From a virus (lineage: Duplodnaviria; Caudoviricetes): a DNA stretch of 28,631 nucleotides. The notes under the pieces were generated by a model that made no database searches, was not told the origin of the DNA, and worked only from the letters and a program-made list of their open reading frames with translations. The stretch covers positions 1 to 28,631 of the IMG/VR virus record IMGVR_UViG_3300021376_000266; one strand, given 5' to 3'. The position numbers were made by a program, and so were the translations under genes. Shown piece by piece: positions 1 through 10,168 of the stretch. Positions within the stretch are counted from its first letter, which is position 1. Each line of letters opens with the position of its first letter.

Positions 1-515
1 GAACCGCTGTCGTTGTCGAACACCACTGTCGCGGCATCCTTGAAACGACTGAGTGCAATCTGCTCCTTGAGACGTGCCATGGCACGGCCCGCGGCGCGAA
101 CATGCATTCCTACGATGTCCCAAAGTGAGTCAGCAATAACTTCTTCTGTAAAAGCCAGCTTGACACCCTTCTTGGACACTTTGCCCTCGACTTGCTTAGC
201 AAATGCGAGTGCTTGCTCTGGGTATTCTTGTCCTTCTGGTATCTCTGCGGCTTGAATTGCATTAACTGCTGGGAACTCCAACGAGCGCCCCTTTCCGAGA
301 CGTACTGTCGAGAGTAGCGGAGTAACCAACAACTGTGGCTCTGCTGCTTCCTTCAGAGTGCGCGAAATCACCTTGGGGAAAAGCGCAGCTGCATCGGGTG
401 ATGCAAACGCTTCCTTGATGGTGACTCTGCTTTCTCCGTCAATATATCCGTCCTCAGTTAATGCGGTTTCCCAAGCAGGGAGACCAGTGAGGAGCTCTTG
501 GATTGATTTGCTCAT
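1..515 (-). CDS. Major capsid protein, N-terminal part (runs off the window; missing from the ORF track)
   Basis: My translation from ATG 515 is open to the window edge: MSKSIQELLTGLPAWETALTEDGYIDGESRVTIKEAFASPDAAALFPKVISRTLKEAAEPQLLVTPLLSTVRLGKGRSLEFPAVNAIQAAEIPEGQEYPEQALAFAKQVEGKVSKKGVKLAFTEEVIADSLWDIVGMHVRAAGRAMARLKEQIALSRF. The 'EIPEGQEYPE...KxGxxxxFTEEVIxD' pattern is HK97-fold-like. Strong SD AGGAGGA at 527-533; lies downstream of protease and decoration genes. Confidence 0.88.
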   Translation of the reverse strand, partial: MSKSIQELLTGLPAWETALTEDGYIDGESRVTIKEAFASPDAAALFPKVISRTLKEAAEPQLLVTPLLSTVRLGKGRSLEFPAVNAIQAAEIPEGQEYPEQALAFAKQVEGKVSKKGVKLAFTEEVIADSLWDIVGMHVRAAGRAMARLKEQIALSRFKDAATVVFDNDSG

Positions 516-555
516 TTTGGAACTATTCCTCCTGTTTGTATTATTTTCTTTTTAA

Positions 556-1318
556 TTAAAGTGTTAGATTGACACGGAACGCGCCAGACACCTTGTATAC
601 ATCCAGATTCGCACGAATTCCGAGCTTACCCTTATTCGGACCAGTCTTCGTAATTTCGTAGACGGTCTTGAGTGCGCCTGGATCCGATGGTAGTTGCATG
701 TAGGAAAGTAGGCCATCATCAAAGTTGGTGGCAAACTTCTCTACTTCAATAACCTTACCAACCTGGAGGTAAGGATGTGTGCCACAAAGCGCGGCAGTCA
801 ATACGACTGGACGGCCCATGTGGTCGGCTCTGATGAGGTCGCCAACTGCAACGTCGGCGTTGAGATCATTAACCATCGGATACTCAACATATCCGTGGGT
901 AATGAAACCCGCACCCTGTGAGGTGCCCTTGTCAAATGGTCTGTAGAGGTCGTACTGAGCGACACCTACCGGAACCGAACGAGCAGCGACCGAAATCGTG
1001 TCCGTCGAACCAGTGGTGCTGCTTGGCGTTGCGCCAGAGCCCAGCGGATCCCAACCGCTCATTGTGTCACCCCAAGTAACTGGGGCGCCTGAACCATTGG
1101 CTGGAACAACCGTCGCATCACCGGTTGGCATGAGCTTGAACCGAAAGAATGGTTCCTTTGCACAGTACGATTTCGAAACGATCGTCCTCGCTGTCAAGAT
1201 ACCATGTTGGAAGACCAGCGCTTGGGAGCAAGTAAGCTGCGGGGGCGATACCCTCCGAAACTACGAATCTTCCTGCGCCTGTCTTTGAATGTACTTTGCG
1301 AAATTTAGCTAGTGACAT
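556..1318 (-). CDS. Putative head decoration/cement protein, ~253 aa, one +1 shift at CGG 1123-1121
   Basis: ORFs 1118..1318 (SD TAGGAG) and 556..1197 join as GCC AAC [C] GGT GAT GCG (A-N-G-D-A). The protein is small, beta-rich and sits between scaffold and capsid genes. Function is inferred from position. Confidence 0.65.
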
Positions 1319-1339
1319 GTTATTTTCTCCTATTGTTGA

Positions 1340-2930
1340 TTAGAGCTTACGACGACCCATGAGGGCGTCAACGAAAATTTGTTCTGCAGAAGACTCTTCA
1401 GAAGTCACTGTATCTTCAACCTGATCGATTGAAACTACCTTGTCCTCTTTCTCGCCTTCTGACTCGTTGGTGATTTCCGGAATTTGATTTCCGGATGATT
1501 TCTTTGCCGGCATCTTGGCGATATCCTTGAGAGAATCCGCCAACGAGGAAGCAGTCCTGGAAGCATGATCGCTGATCAGCTCATTTCTTTCTTCGCTCTT
1601 TTCCATGCCTGCTGAAATCTTTGCATCAACGACTCTTTCCGCCAACGCTCTGTGAAGAGCGGCTTTCAGCTTGCTGTTTTCTTCTTCAAGAAACTTAACT
1701 TTTTCAAAGATGGCGGCATCTTGCTCAACGTTACCTTGTTCTGGTTTTTCGTTGAGCTGAGGCTTTTCGTCTTCTTTGGTTTCCTGAACCTGAGTTTCCT
1801 CAGTTGCATCCTTAGATTCTTCTGCACTTACGGAATCAGCTTTTACCTGCACATCCTTTTCGTCAGAAGTTTCTGCGGAAACATCTTTATTTTCTTCCGC
1901 GCTTTTTTCGGCGGAAACTTGTTCTTCTACAACTGTTTCTTCTTTTTTGATTTCATCTGCGACAACAACTTCGGCTTGCTTGGAAGCATCTGCCGCAATC
2001 GAAGAAAGTTCATCGCTCAATTCTTGAGAAACTACAAGAATATCTTTTTCCTGCACATCAACTGTCATTTGAGTATTCTCCTCATTCTTATTATTTTCTT
2101 GTCCATCTGATAGTAATAGGGTATTTTTAATATTGTAATTTTCGCTCTCATGAATTGCCATAGCCGACAAAAAGGCCCCTTTAAGATGCAAGTAAACTGG
2201 CCTTGATTCTTTAGGGTCGACCCCCTCAAAGATGGACTTGTTTTCCTTTAAAGAGTAAACATCCTCTTTATCCATGCTTAAAACAAAGGCTGAACTCTTT
2301 GCAGCCCAATCCGAATCGGAAACCGAAACAGGGCCAGAAACTGAGTTTTTCTTCCTAATTCCAGACCTTTGATCTGCTGGCTGATTAACAAAAGAGTATT
2401 CTTTAAAAGAAATATCTTGCATGTCGATATATGCCAACTTGCCCTTATAAACCTGGCCCCTTTTATACTTCGGCATGCGGGGTCTTCCGTTGGCGTCTTC
2501 TGCAGCTAGATCTTCTCCTGAAATAGAGCAGATTGCCTTACCTGCCCTTCCGCCAACCGAGCCAGTAAGATACCTTTGATCCATAACTTTTTGCGCAGCT
2601 ACAGGATCAACAATTGCTATCTGAAGCCTTACATAGGCGGCACCGTCTACTTCTTTATCAACTTTTGCTGCCATAACTCTACCAATAGGCTCAGAAGCTA
2701 TATCGTGATTTAAAATTACCGGCTTGGGATACGGCTCAACCCACGATTGCAGAGATTTTTCAAGTTCTGCTACAGAATAATTATTATAATTTGCGGTTAA
2801 ACCGTTCATGTATCGCAGCTACCTCAATAATGATTCCATTCGACGCATTAAAAGCTTCGGTTAGTTTAGTGCCAGATTCAATAATTTGTGGAAACTCTAC
2901 CGAAAAATGTTCTATGAACTCAAAGGCCAT
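1340..2930 (-). CDS. Prohead protease with acidic scaffold-like C-terminus, ~529 aa, one +1 shift at CGG 2804-2802
   Basis: ATG 2930 (SD TGGAGA) gives MAFEFIEHF...EVAAIHE, then [C] GGT TTA ACC = GLTANYNNYS. Contains 'PVILNHD..PIGRV', 'GSVG' and 'EYSFVNQPAD', resembling HK97-type maturation proteases. The C-terminal half is Glu/Lys-rich with a coiled coil. Confidence 0.8.
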
Positions 2931-3009
2931 GATACTTCTCCATAATTATAATTAAAGCTATCCTGTATAGTAATATATATTTTAACAGAAATCATTGTAT
3001 TTGTGCTAG

Positions 3010-3789
3010 TTATACGGCAATCGACTGTTTAAAAGATAAAGCTTGTCTAGGATCGCCGCTTGAAAGAAACTTTTGAAGTTCAATTTTACCCATAATGTGA
3101 GGAGTATATATGTATGAAGCGCAATACAAATTATAACCCTTCTGCGCACACTGCGCACTCCACCCTAAATCCTCTCCCTGCATATGGAACTGATAATTGA
3201 CATCGTTGTAAACTTTTTTAGACATCATCTTTGCGGCCATAATAATATCTGATTTAAAATAAGTACCAAAAGGATATTGATTATTCCTATGGGCCTTCGT
3301 GCTTTTGTCGTCAGAAACCCATGACATGACAGATGGGAATTCCGTACCAACTGGTGTCATAAACATCAATGTATTTACCGCATCCGCATCGTTGTTCGTA
3401 TGCGCAAGAAGCAGCTCTATCGTATTTGGATTGGTCAACAAAATATCTGAGTCAAGACTAAAATACGCATCAGGTTTTATTTCTCTAACTTTTGACAACA
3501 AAGAATTTCGCATTGAAACCATGTTTTCGTATTTTGAGTACGACCACTGTCTTGTTCCTTCGTCGTGAGAAAAATGTGCAAGGTCGTTTCTTATTTCAAG
3601 ATCGAACACTTTTACTTCTGGATGCTGAGATTTCCAGGCAGCTAAAATATTTAGTGTTGCTTCATCGTCCATACCAAGCTCAAATACAAAACCAATGTCA
3701 TTTAAAGGTATAGATTGTCTTTGTATAAAATACAACCAAGCGGGCAGTATCCAGTCTCTTTTGAAAATAGGGCAACCGATTATGATCAT
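3010..3789 (-). CDS. GT2/GT-A family glycosyltransferase
   Basis: N-terminal 'IIIGCP' strand, DxD motif 'FSLDSDILL' and 'GED' motif 'QGEDLGW'. Confidence 0.8.
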   Translation of the reverse strand: MIIIGCPIFKRDWILPAWLYFIQRQSIPLNDIGFVFELGMDDEATLNILAAWKSQHPEVKVFDLEIRNDLAHFSHDEGTRQWSYSKYENMVSMRNSLLSKVREIKPDAYFSLDSDILLTNPNTIELLLAHTNNDADAVNTLMFMTPVGTEFPSVMSWVSDDKSTKAHRNNQYPFGTYFKSDIIMAAKMMSKKVYNDVNYQFHMQGEDLGWSAQCAQKGYNLYCASYIYTPHIMGKIELQKFLSSGDPRQALSFKQSIAV

Positions 3790-3792
3790 TTT

Positions 3793-4068
3793 TTATTGTT
3801 CCGGTTTTTCCTCTTTTGGAACTTTGACAGTCTTAGATTTCTTTTCTGGCTTCTGTCCTTGTTCAACGTGATCCTCAACCGGTGGCTGATCGGGATCCGA
3901 ATCATCAGACGAAAGAAATGCCTCTATGGCCTCGACTCTTTCAACGGTTTCCTGAAGGACAGGAATTACTTCTGATAATACTTCTAAAAAGTATATATTG
4001 GCAAGACGCACTTGATTGTTATCAACTGCTTCCTGGAGTTTGTGTGCAAGCTCTTCGCTTATTGGCAT
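3793..4068 (-). CDS. Hypothetical protein, 91 aa
   Basis: SD TAGGAG, tight packing between portal and glycosyltransferase, helical N-terminus and charged tail. Confidence 0.7.
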   Translation of the reverse strand: MPISEELAHKLQEAVDNNQVRLANIYFLEVLSEVIPVLQETVERVEAIEAFLSSDDSDPDQPPVEDHVEQGQKPEKKSKTVKVPKEEKPEQ

Positions 4069-4077
4069 TGTTTTCTC

Positions 4078-5697
4078 CTATGATTGTGCATTGTCCTTAT
4101 CCGCATTTTGCGTTGCACTATTATAGTCGTTTTCCAGAAGTTTTTCAATCGCTGGGAGCCAAGAAAGGTCATCAGTTCTTTTAATGTTTGAAGAATTACT
4201 TCTACCAAATTGATTAGCTGGTCTAGACTTATTGCCAATGTCCTTTTTCGTTGACGGAAGATTTACTTTACCCTTTGTTGCCGGTTTTTCTCCATCATTG
4301 CTTTTTGCAGTGAGATTTGCTTGATTCGCAGCGACGTCCATCTGCATTCGCGTTTGCATAGCTGCATATGTTTGACCCTCGTCCATGTCGGGATCAAGAG
4401 CCAGTAAGAGTCGAGCTTCGTCCAATGTAATTAAGTTATTAACATATTTTTGAATAATATGATTTTCTTTTTTTACCTGTGTATCTACATCTATTTCCTT
4501 AAATTTAAGAAAGCAACGATCGGATGCGGAAGAATTCGTAATGTCCTCCAGCGGATCATAGCCTCCCTCAAAAAGAAGTTCGTTAAAAATATTAATTCTA
4601 ATAAAGTCTGCAAACGTCTTTTGCATGTTTTTTACTTTGTCATAAAAAGATGCGTCTAATCTATCGGTTACCGATCTATTGCCACCATTCATAACCATAC
4701 CTAAGTGATGTGGGGCGACCCCAAGACCAACTGCAACTCTTTCCTTAAAATGGTTTAAATACGATGAAGCTTCAAGAGCTTCGTTATTTGCGCCTATTAC
4801 ATCCACATCATGTCTGTATGGAAGAATGAGTCCGCCTTCTGCTCTTAGGTTTTCTATTTCCGCAGCAGCTCTAGAAATTTCTTCTGGCTCAGCTGGTTGC
4901 TCCGCTGTTCCTATAATGTATTTATATAATGGAAAAAGTTCTCTGTGAACAAGATTTTGTATATCTTCTTCCATTTGCCTTAATGCAATAACGTCATCTA
5001 GTACAGACGCTAAAAATGGTGTACCAAACGCCCTACCGGGCTTTTTGTCGAATGCTATATGTATAACCCTATCGGCAGACCAAACTGGGTCTCTTTCGTT
5101 TGGTGAGTAAGTAAGAGGGTCAGTGGATTGTTGATAAGATTTTGGTCTATTATGTTTATCTCTTAAAATGTAAACCTGTTCAGTTGGTATAAGATAAAAG
5201 CCTGCAACGGGATCAGTCCCTGAAATAGGATTGATTTTGTCTTTTGTAAAATCAGAAATATTAGCTCTAGCTTTAACTATGAAAACGTTTGCGTACTTTA
5301 TGAGTTGATCAGAAACTTCCATTAAAAATTCCGAAAAAGGTCTCTTCATCGTCATTTCAAAAAGATCTATTCTTCTGTAAAGATACGAGACAGCGTCAGG
5401 GTTCTCCCCAACTATTTCCCAACCTTCTTTCCAAAAAAGATCCTTGTATTTCAGCACTGCTTGCTTTACGTAACCATCCGTATCAAATGCCTGAGTGATC
5501 CTATTAAAATCGTAAGGGGAAGGTTCAAATGCGGCCCTGCTTCCATAATAGTATGTCGTCCCCCTAAAGCCAAGCGCTAATGCGGCAACTTTAAGGCTTC
5601 GACCAATACTTCTAATTTCGTCTGGTTTTAGAACTTTTTCAGCAGCGTTTTGTTCCGTTGATAGACCGCCAAACGGCAGATATGATCTAGCTTTCAT
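4078..5697 (-). CDS. Portal protein
   Basis: 539 aa with portal-like segments 'QLIKYANVFI', 'VIHI..DKKPGRAFGTPFL', 'GLGVAPHHLG' and 'LITLDEARLLL'; located in the head module. Confidence 0.85.
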   Translation of the reverse strand: MKARSYLPFGGLSTEQNAAEKVLKPDEIRSIGRSLKVAALALGFRGTTYYYGSRAAFEPSPYDFNRITQAFDTDGYVKQAVLKYKDLFWKEGWEIVGENPDAVSYLYRRIDLFEMTMKRPFSEFLMEVSDQLIKYANVFIVKARANISDFTKDKINPISGTDPVAGFYLIPTEQVYILRDKHNRPKSYQQSTDPLTYSPNERDPVWSADRVIHIAFDKKPGRAFGTPFLASVLDDVIALRQMEEDIQNLVHRELFPLYKYIIGTAEQPAEPEEISRAAAEIENLRAEGGLILPYRHDVDVIGANNEALEASSYLNHFKERVAVGLGVAPHHLGMVMNGGNRSVTDRLDASFYDKVKNMQKTFADFIRINIFNELLFEGGYDPLEDITNSSASDRCFLKFKEIDVDTQVKKENHIIQKYVNNLITLDEARLLLALDPDMDEGQTYAAMQTRMQMDVAANQANLTAKSNDGEKPATKGKVNLPSTKKDIGNKSRPANQFGRSNSSNIKRTDDLSWLPAIEKLLENDYNSATQNADKDNAQS

Positions 5698-5746
5698 TTA
5701 ATACCACCTATCAAACATCAACAATATAGTAGTTTAATGTTTGAAA

Positions 5747-5947
5747 TTATACGTTATTTTCAGTTAAACCGGCAGCTGCAAAAGTCTTTTCAATTATTAA
5801 TTTCTTTACTGCTTCAAGCCAAAAAATCGTTTCAGATTCAGAAAAATCACTTCTATAAGAGAGATTCTTATCCCCAATAATAATCTCAACTTTAAATTGA
5901 GTTTTTGGTTCAACGTTTACTGTATTTTCATTTTGAACATCTGACAT
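5747..5947 (-). CDS. Hypothetical protein, 66 aa
   Basis: SD-like AAAGGTGA in the end of the upstream gene; co-oriented and tightly packed. Confidence 0.65.
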   Translation of the reverse strand: MSDVQNENTVNVEPKTQFKVEIIIGDKNLSYRSDFSESETIFWLEAVKKLIIEKTFAAAGLTENNV

Positions 5948-5949
5948 AT

Positions 5950-6222
5950 TTATTGATCACCTTTCATTAAATTAATTATGTTTGTTAACTGTCTTATTGT
6001 AGCTTCTTTAACCACTAGCTCGGTTGTAAGTTGGGACAACTTTTCCTGGAAACAAGCTACGACCAAATTCATATCCAATCCAGTTTGAGCTGGTTTTAGT
6101 TCTTGCTTAGTTGTATCTTCTTGATCCATTTGTTCCTTTGCATGGTTAAAATCTTGATTATGGGTATGGGTATGGTCTAATTCTTTTCTTTGCCAATTTA
6201 GTTTATTATGAATTTTAGACAT
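5950..6222 (-). CDS. Hypothetical coiled-coil protein (start uncertain)
   Basis: The C-terminal 'FQEKLSQLTTELVVKEATIRQLTNII' is coiled-coil-like. ATG 6222 lies just after a TGGTATAAT box. Confidence 0.6.
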   Translation of the reverse strand: MSKIHNKLNWQRKELDHTHTHNQDFNHAKEQMDQEDTTKQELKPAQTGLDMNLVVACFQEKLSQLTTELVVKEATIRQLTNIINLMKGDQ

Positions 6223-6228
6223 CCTCCA

Positions 6229-6237
6229 ATTATACCA
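6229..6237 (-). promoter_or_regulatory. Extended -10 promoter TGGTATAAT
   Basis: Exact TGnTATAAT, 6 nt before ATG 6222. The same 9-mer flanks the recA intergenic region in both orientations. Confidence 0.55.
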
Positions 6238-6259
6238 CTTTTTTCTAGACACAATCTAA

Positions 6260-8473
6260 TTATATCGTTCTTGATTCAAGTTCTTCTACTTTATCTGATA
6301 GTTCCTGAACTGCTTTAGTAAGTATCGCTATTATTTCTAAATCTTTCCACATTTTGGGTTTCCAGGTTGAAATATTCAAGGATCCAAGTTCTACCGGACA
6401 ATACGTAACCAATTGCGGATTTACCTCTTGAACTTCTTCTACTATAAAACCATATGATTGAAAAAGTTGATGAAGTTCTTTCGCCTGGCTTGTCCATGGC
6501 TCTTCGGTTGAAGGATCTATTTCTCCATAATAAGTTTCATTAAAATTAAATATTCTTGGTTTTAGTGCTTTTACTATTTCAAGTGCTCCAGATATATCTT
6601 GAATATTTTTCTTAATATCTCTATTTGAAGCTGGCTGCGTAATTCTTTGAACGCCAGATAATTGCTGTATTCTAGCCGTTGTTGTATCTCCTGACGAAGC
6701 AAAACTTTCCCCTCTATATGCTAGTCCGCTGTCAATGGTGATATTCCTACAGTTAACAGATCCAGAACTACCGACTCTAAATTCGTTGTTAATGTTTATG
6801 CTGCCGCCATTAAATTCAGCGGCATTCATAGATATTGATGCTGTTATTGTTCCAGCTGTAATCTGATCAGCCCTTATATTCATTGCGGCGACAAAATCTG
6901 CAACGACGGCGTCAGCAACGACTGTCCCAGTTTCTAATATTGCCCCATGTATTTTTGTACTGTTAGTTGAGTTGTTTATAGTTTTTACAATTTCGGCTTT
7001 ATTAAAAGTTGATGCGGGCAGTGCATTATTGGCTACATTAAAAGCCGAATCTGCCGCGTCCAGGGCGCCGTCTGCGGTGACTTGTGCGTTGTTGGCCGCT
7101 GTATTTGCTGTATTTGCGGTACTCTGTGCGTCGTCTGCTGTATCCTGTGCGTTGTTTGCTGCGTTTTGTGCGTTGTTTGCTGTGTTCTGTGCGTTGTTTA
7201 TCGAGGCTAACGTTGATCCGCCAGTAATAACAACATTGCCGGAAATGCTTAGGGTGCTTCCGTCCCAAGTAAGTTTATCGCCCAAGGAAAATTTACCAGT
7301 ATTATCTACATAAAAAGCTGTGCTACTATTGCTATGGGTTCCAGTACCAAAAAATATTTTATTAGAATTTATAGTTAGACCAGCTACAGATCCACCGGTT
7401 ATAGCGTCTCCATCGTCAAAAGTTCCTGGAGTAGTACCATCGGGAAATTTTAATGTACCCTGTATGGTTAACGCACTCCCGTCCCAAGTAAGTTTATCGC
7501 CCAAGGAAAATTTACCAGTATTATCTACGTAAAAAGCTGTGCTAGTATTACCATAGGTTCCAGTACCAAAAAATATTTTACTAGAATTTATAGTTAGACC
7601 AGCTACAGATCCACCAGTTATAGCGTCTCCATCGTCAAAAGTTCCTGGAGTAGTACCATCGGGAAATTTTAGTGTACCTTGTACAGTCAAAGTATTGCCA
7701 TCCCAACTTACATATTGAGTACTTGACCCAACCTTGAACTCAGGAATAGATATCGTTGCTCCCGTAGCATCTGATTTCCATCTATTGTTTGCATCGATGA
7801 ACAAAGAACCTGCCTTGACCGTTCCTCTGATCACTCCAGCAGAAAATTCTGCGGTTCCATCGCCCCTAATCGCCCAACCATCCGTACCAGTCGTATAATT
7901 ACTCGACCTGATAACTGAATTTGCACCATCCAAATTGATGATACTAGAAGTTATAGTTCCCGCTTTTATCTTTGTAGCAGTTAAATCCGATATTTCCGCC
8001 GAATCGACCAAAGTGGGCTTTGAAGCTATGAGCGGAGTGTAAGAACCTTTATTGCCGCTGGTATCAAAAGCTCTAACTCTTCCATAAAAGATTTTTGGAG
8101 GACCTTCTAAATCTGCAGGAACAGCTTCTGTATTATCTAAAATAACCGTAAAAACGGTGGTGTAACTTTGCCCAGAGGCCAACAATAATCCGCTCAAACT
8201 ATTCGTGGCATAGATCTCGTAATCGTATCCAGATATATCTTTATCTAACGGAGCGTTAAATCTGAACATAACAGACTTAGAATTGCTAAACAACAAAAAT
8301 GCTCCAGGAGTAGTTGAATCGATCTCCCCAGGTATCGAGCTATCCGCAGGTGTCGCTACTACCGCAACAGATTCACCCACTACAACACCCAAATTTTTGT
8401 CTACAACTTCTGCTCTTACTAAGTATGTTTTAGACGTTTCCAAATCAGAAATTATTTGTCTTGCCTCAGTCAT
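6260..8473 (-). CDS. Tail fibre/minor tail protein with C-terminal S74-type intramolecular chaperone
   Basis: FN3-like N-terminus ('YYGRVRAFDTSGNKG'-type segment), 'ISDLTATKIKAGTI' and 'GWAIRGDGTAEF' tail motifs, internal repeats, a coiled coil, and a C-terminal 'SNRDIKKNI...LKPRIF...YGFIVEEV...LTKAVQELSDKVEELE'. Confidence 0.85.
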   Translation of the reverse strand: MTEARQIISDLETSKTYLVRAEVVDKNLGVVVGESVAVVATPADSSIPGEIDSTTPGAFLLFSNSKSVMFRFNAPLDKDISGYDYEIYATNSLSGLLLASGQSYTTVFTVILDNTEAVPADLEGPPKIFYGRVRAFDTSGNKGSYTPLIASKPTLVDSAEISDLTATKIKAGTITSSIINLDGANSVIRSSNYTTGTDGWAIRGDGTAEFSAGVIRGTVKAGSLFIDANNRWKSDATGATISIPEFKVGSSTQYVSWDGNTLTVQGTLKFPDGTTPGTFDDGDAITGGSVAGLTINSSKIFFGTGTYGNTSTAFYVDNTGKFSLGDKLTWDGSALTIQGTLKFPDGTTPGTFDDGDAITGGSVAGLTINSNKIFFGTGTHSNSSTAFYVDNTGKFSLGDKLTWDGSTLSISGNVVITGGSTLASINNAQNTANNAQNAANNAQDTADDAQSTANTANTAANNAQVTADGALDAADSAFNVANNALPASTFNKAEIVKTINNSTNSTKIHGAILETGTVVADAVVADFVAAMNIRADQITAGTITASISMNAAEFNGGSININNEFRVGSSGSVNCRNITIDSGLAYRGESFASSGDTTTARIQQLSGVQRITQPASNRDIKKNIQDISGALEIVKALKPRIFNFNETYYGEIDPSTEEPWTSQAKELHQLFQSYGFIVEEVQEVNPQLVTYCPVELGSLNISTWKPKMWKDLEIIAILTKAVQELSDKVEELESRTI
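7260..7705 (-). repeat. Tandem 219-bp (73-aa) duplication inside the tail fibre gene
   Basis: gtcccaagtaagtttatcgcccaaggaaaatttaccagtattatctac occurs at 7262 and 7481; the protein repeats 'QGTLKFPDGTTPGTFDDGDAITGGSVAGLTINS..IFFGTGT...TAFYVDNTGKFSLGDKLTWDGS'. Confidence 0.95.
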
Positions 8474-8483
8474 TTATTTCTCC

Positions 8484-10163
8484 CTACACGAATGCTAAAG
8501 ATCTGTTTACTTCAATTCTACCAGAAGTTAAAAAATAAGATTTTAAATATTGAAAATTAACTAGTTGCACTTGGGAACCTCTGGCACTGGGATTATCTTG
8601 CGAAACTACTTCAATCAAAAAGTAATATGTTCCTGCCTCGTTCAAAAAATAATTTTCATATACAATCTCATCGACAGTGGTTGGCGAATATAAATCTATA
8701 AATTGACTTTCTTCGTGCAATTCTGTTTCTGTTACAACTAATTTTCCTTCTTCTTCAATTGAATCAGGGGTATCACGAGGTCCTATAATTTCTTTTGAGG
8801 TGTTAAATATTCTGAGTAAAATTTTTCCTGCAGAGGGACTTTTTGATGCCTTTATTCTTATCGCTGGGCCAGTGAAATACCCAGCCATTTTTGCTCCAAC
8901 TTTTGAAGAAGAATATCCAATCCAATCAGTATCAGAATTATAGTAAGCGAAAGCTCCATAGTCATCAAAGGTTTCATCTTCTGCAACGACTGTAGTAAAA
9001 TAATTTTCCAATGTTCTTAGATTAAAATTATACAGTATGTTATTGTCCGAATCTGAACTTATTGTGTTAATAAGATTTGTTATTTTTTCATTTGATGCCT
9101 CAGCGTACTTGGATATGTTGGAGCCCGACGTTATAAGGTCCACATATTTTAAATATGAGTGACCAAAATACAAATGATATCTTCCCAAAATTGTTTGACC
9201 AGCTGGGTGTTCTTCGGCACTCAAAAAATACAATATATCTCCTTTAAATGCTGTTTTTAAAACTTTAAAAAAGTATGTTCCATTAGGAAGTTTTTTATTA
9301 TACACAACAACGTACGAATGATCGTCTTCTGTTCTCAATGGTGCTGAACCGTTTGTACTTTTTATCACAGACTTCAATAAAGCTGTTTGTGAACTTGATA
9401 AAAACATTAAAGAATTTTCTGATATTGCTCTAAAAGGAGAAGATAAATTTATTTCGACTCTTGTTGGAGGAACCTTATACTTATCGTTGTTCACCGTGTT
9501 TATATAGTCTCTTGGAATATACTTAAACCAATTTTTTACAGGTTTTTTTCGTATTGAGGTAGCAGGCTGGGAATTCGATGGAACTGGAGAAACTATATTA
9601 TTTTCTTCCATATAAACTTTCACAAGTTTGGGTATATCATCACCCGGAAAGTATCTTATGTGCCACAATTCAGATGGAACTAGTTCCCAAGAAAATCCGT
9701 AATCTTGACAATTATCAATAAGCCATTCACGAACTCCGGGAGGACTAATATTTACGTCTATTGCCAAACCATAATTATGCCAACTAGTTCCGTGGAGACG
9801 CAAGCTCCGAAGGACGCCTGCCCGTAGCCGGATCTATGTCTTTTAAATACCAAGTTTTTCCATCATAAATTCTAGTAGGATTATTATTAGGTTGAGTCTG
9901 ATATCTTCTTTGAAAGTTTTCTAGTTGCGACTGAAAAGTTCTGTAGCCGTCACCTGGGCTTGATGGCCTTAAGTCCAATCCGTCATTTTGTGCCGCTTGA
10001 CGCATTGCTTTCCAAGCTGCTGCAGCTAACCAATGAAGTTTTGCCCCATCCGTGACAATTGTAAGCAAAATATCATCAAGCCTACCACCGAATACTGTAA
10101 CCGTTGAAGGTCCTTTGGCTTTACTACTTTTATTATTGGATAATCGTTTATATCAATGGGCAT
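8484..10163 (-). CDS. M15B (VanY-like) Zn peptidase fused to a large C-terminal domain, ~558 aa, three +1 shifts (CGG at 10103, 10090, 9792)
   Basis: Reconstruction gives MPIDINDYPIIKVVKPKDLQ[G]YSI[G]GRLDDILLTIV...GYRTFQSQ...ASP[G]TSWHNYGLAID...ELWH. The motifs YR, PGxSxHxxGxAxD and ExWH define M15B peptidases. Confidence 0.85.
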
Positions 10164-10168
10164 GACGT

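Noticed and set aside
9788-9796. Dcm-site (CCWGG) methylation artefact
   Set aside because: Site 9792 fits CC[G]TGG, but the other sites have unrelated flanks and intact CCWGG sites occur elsewhere.
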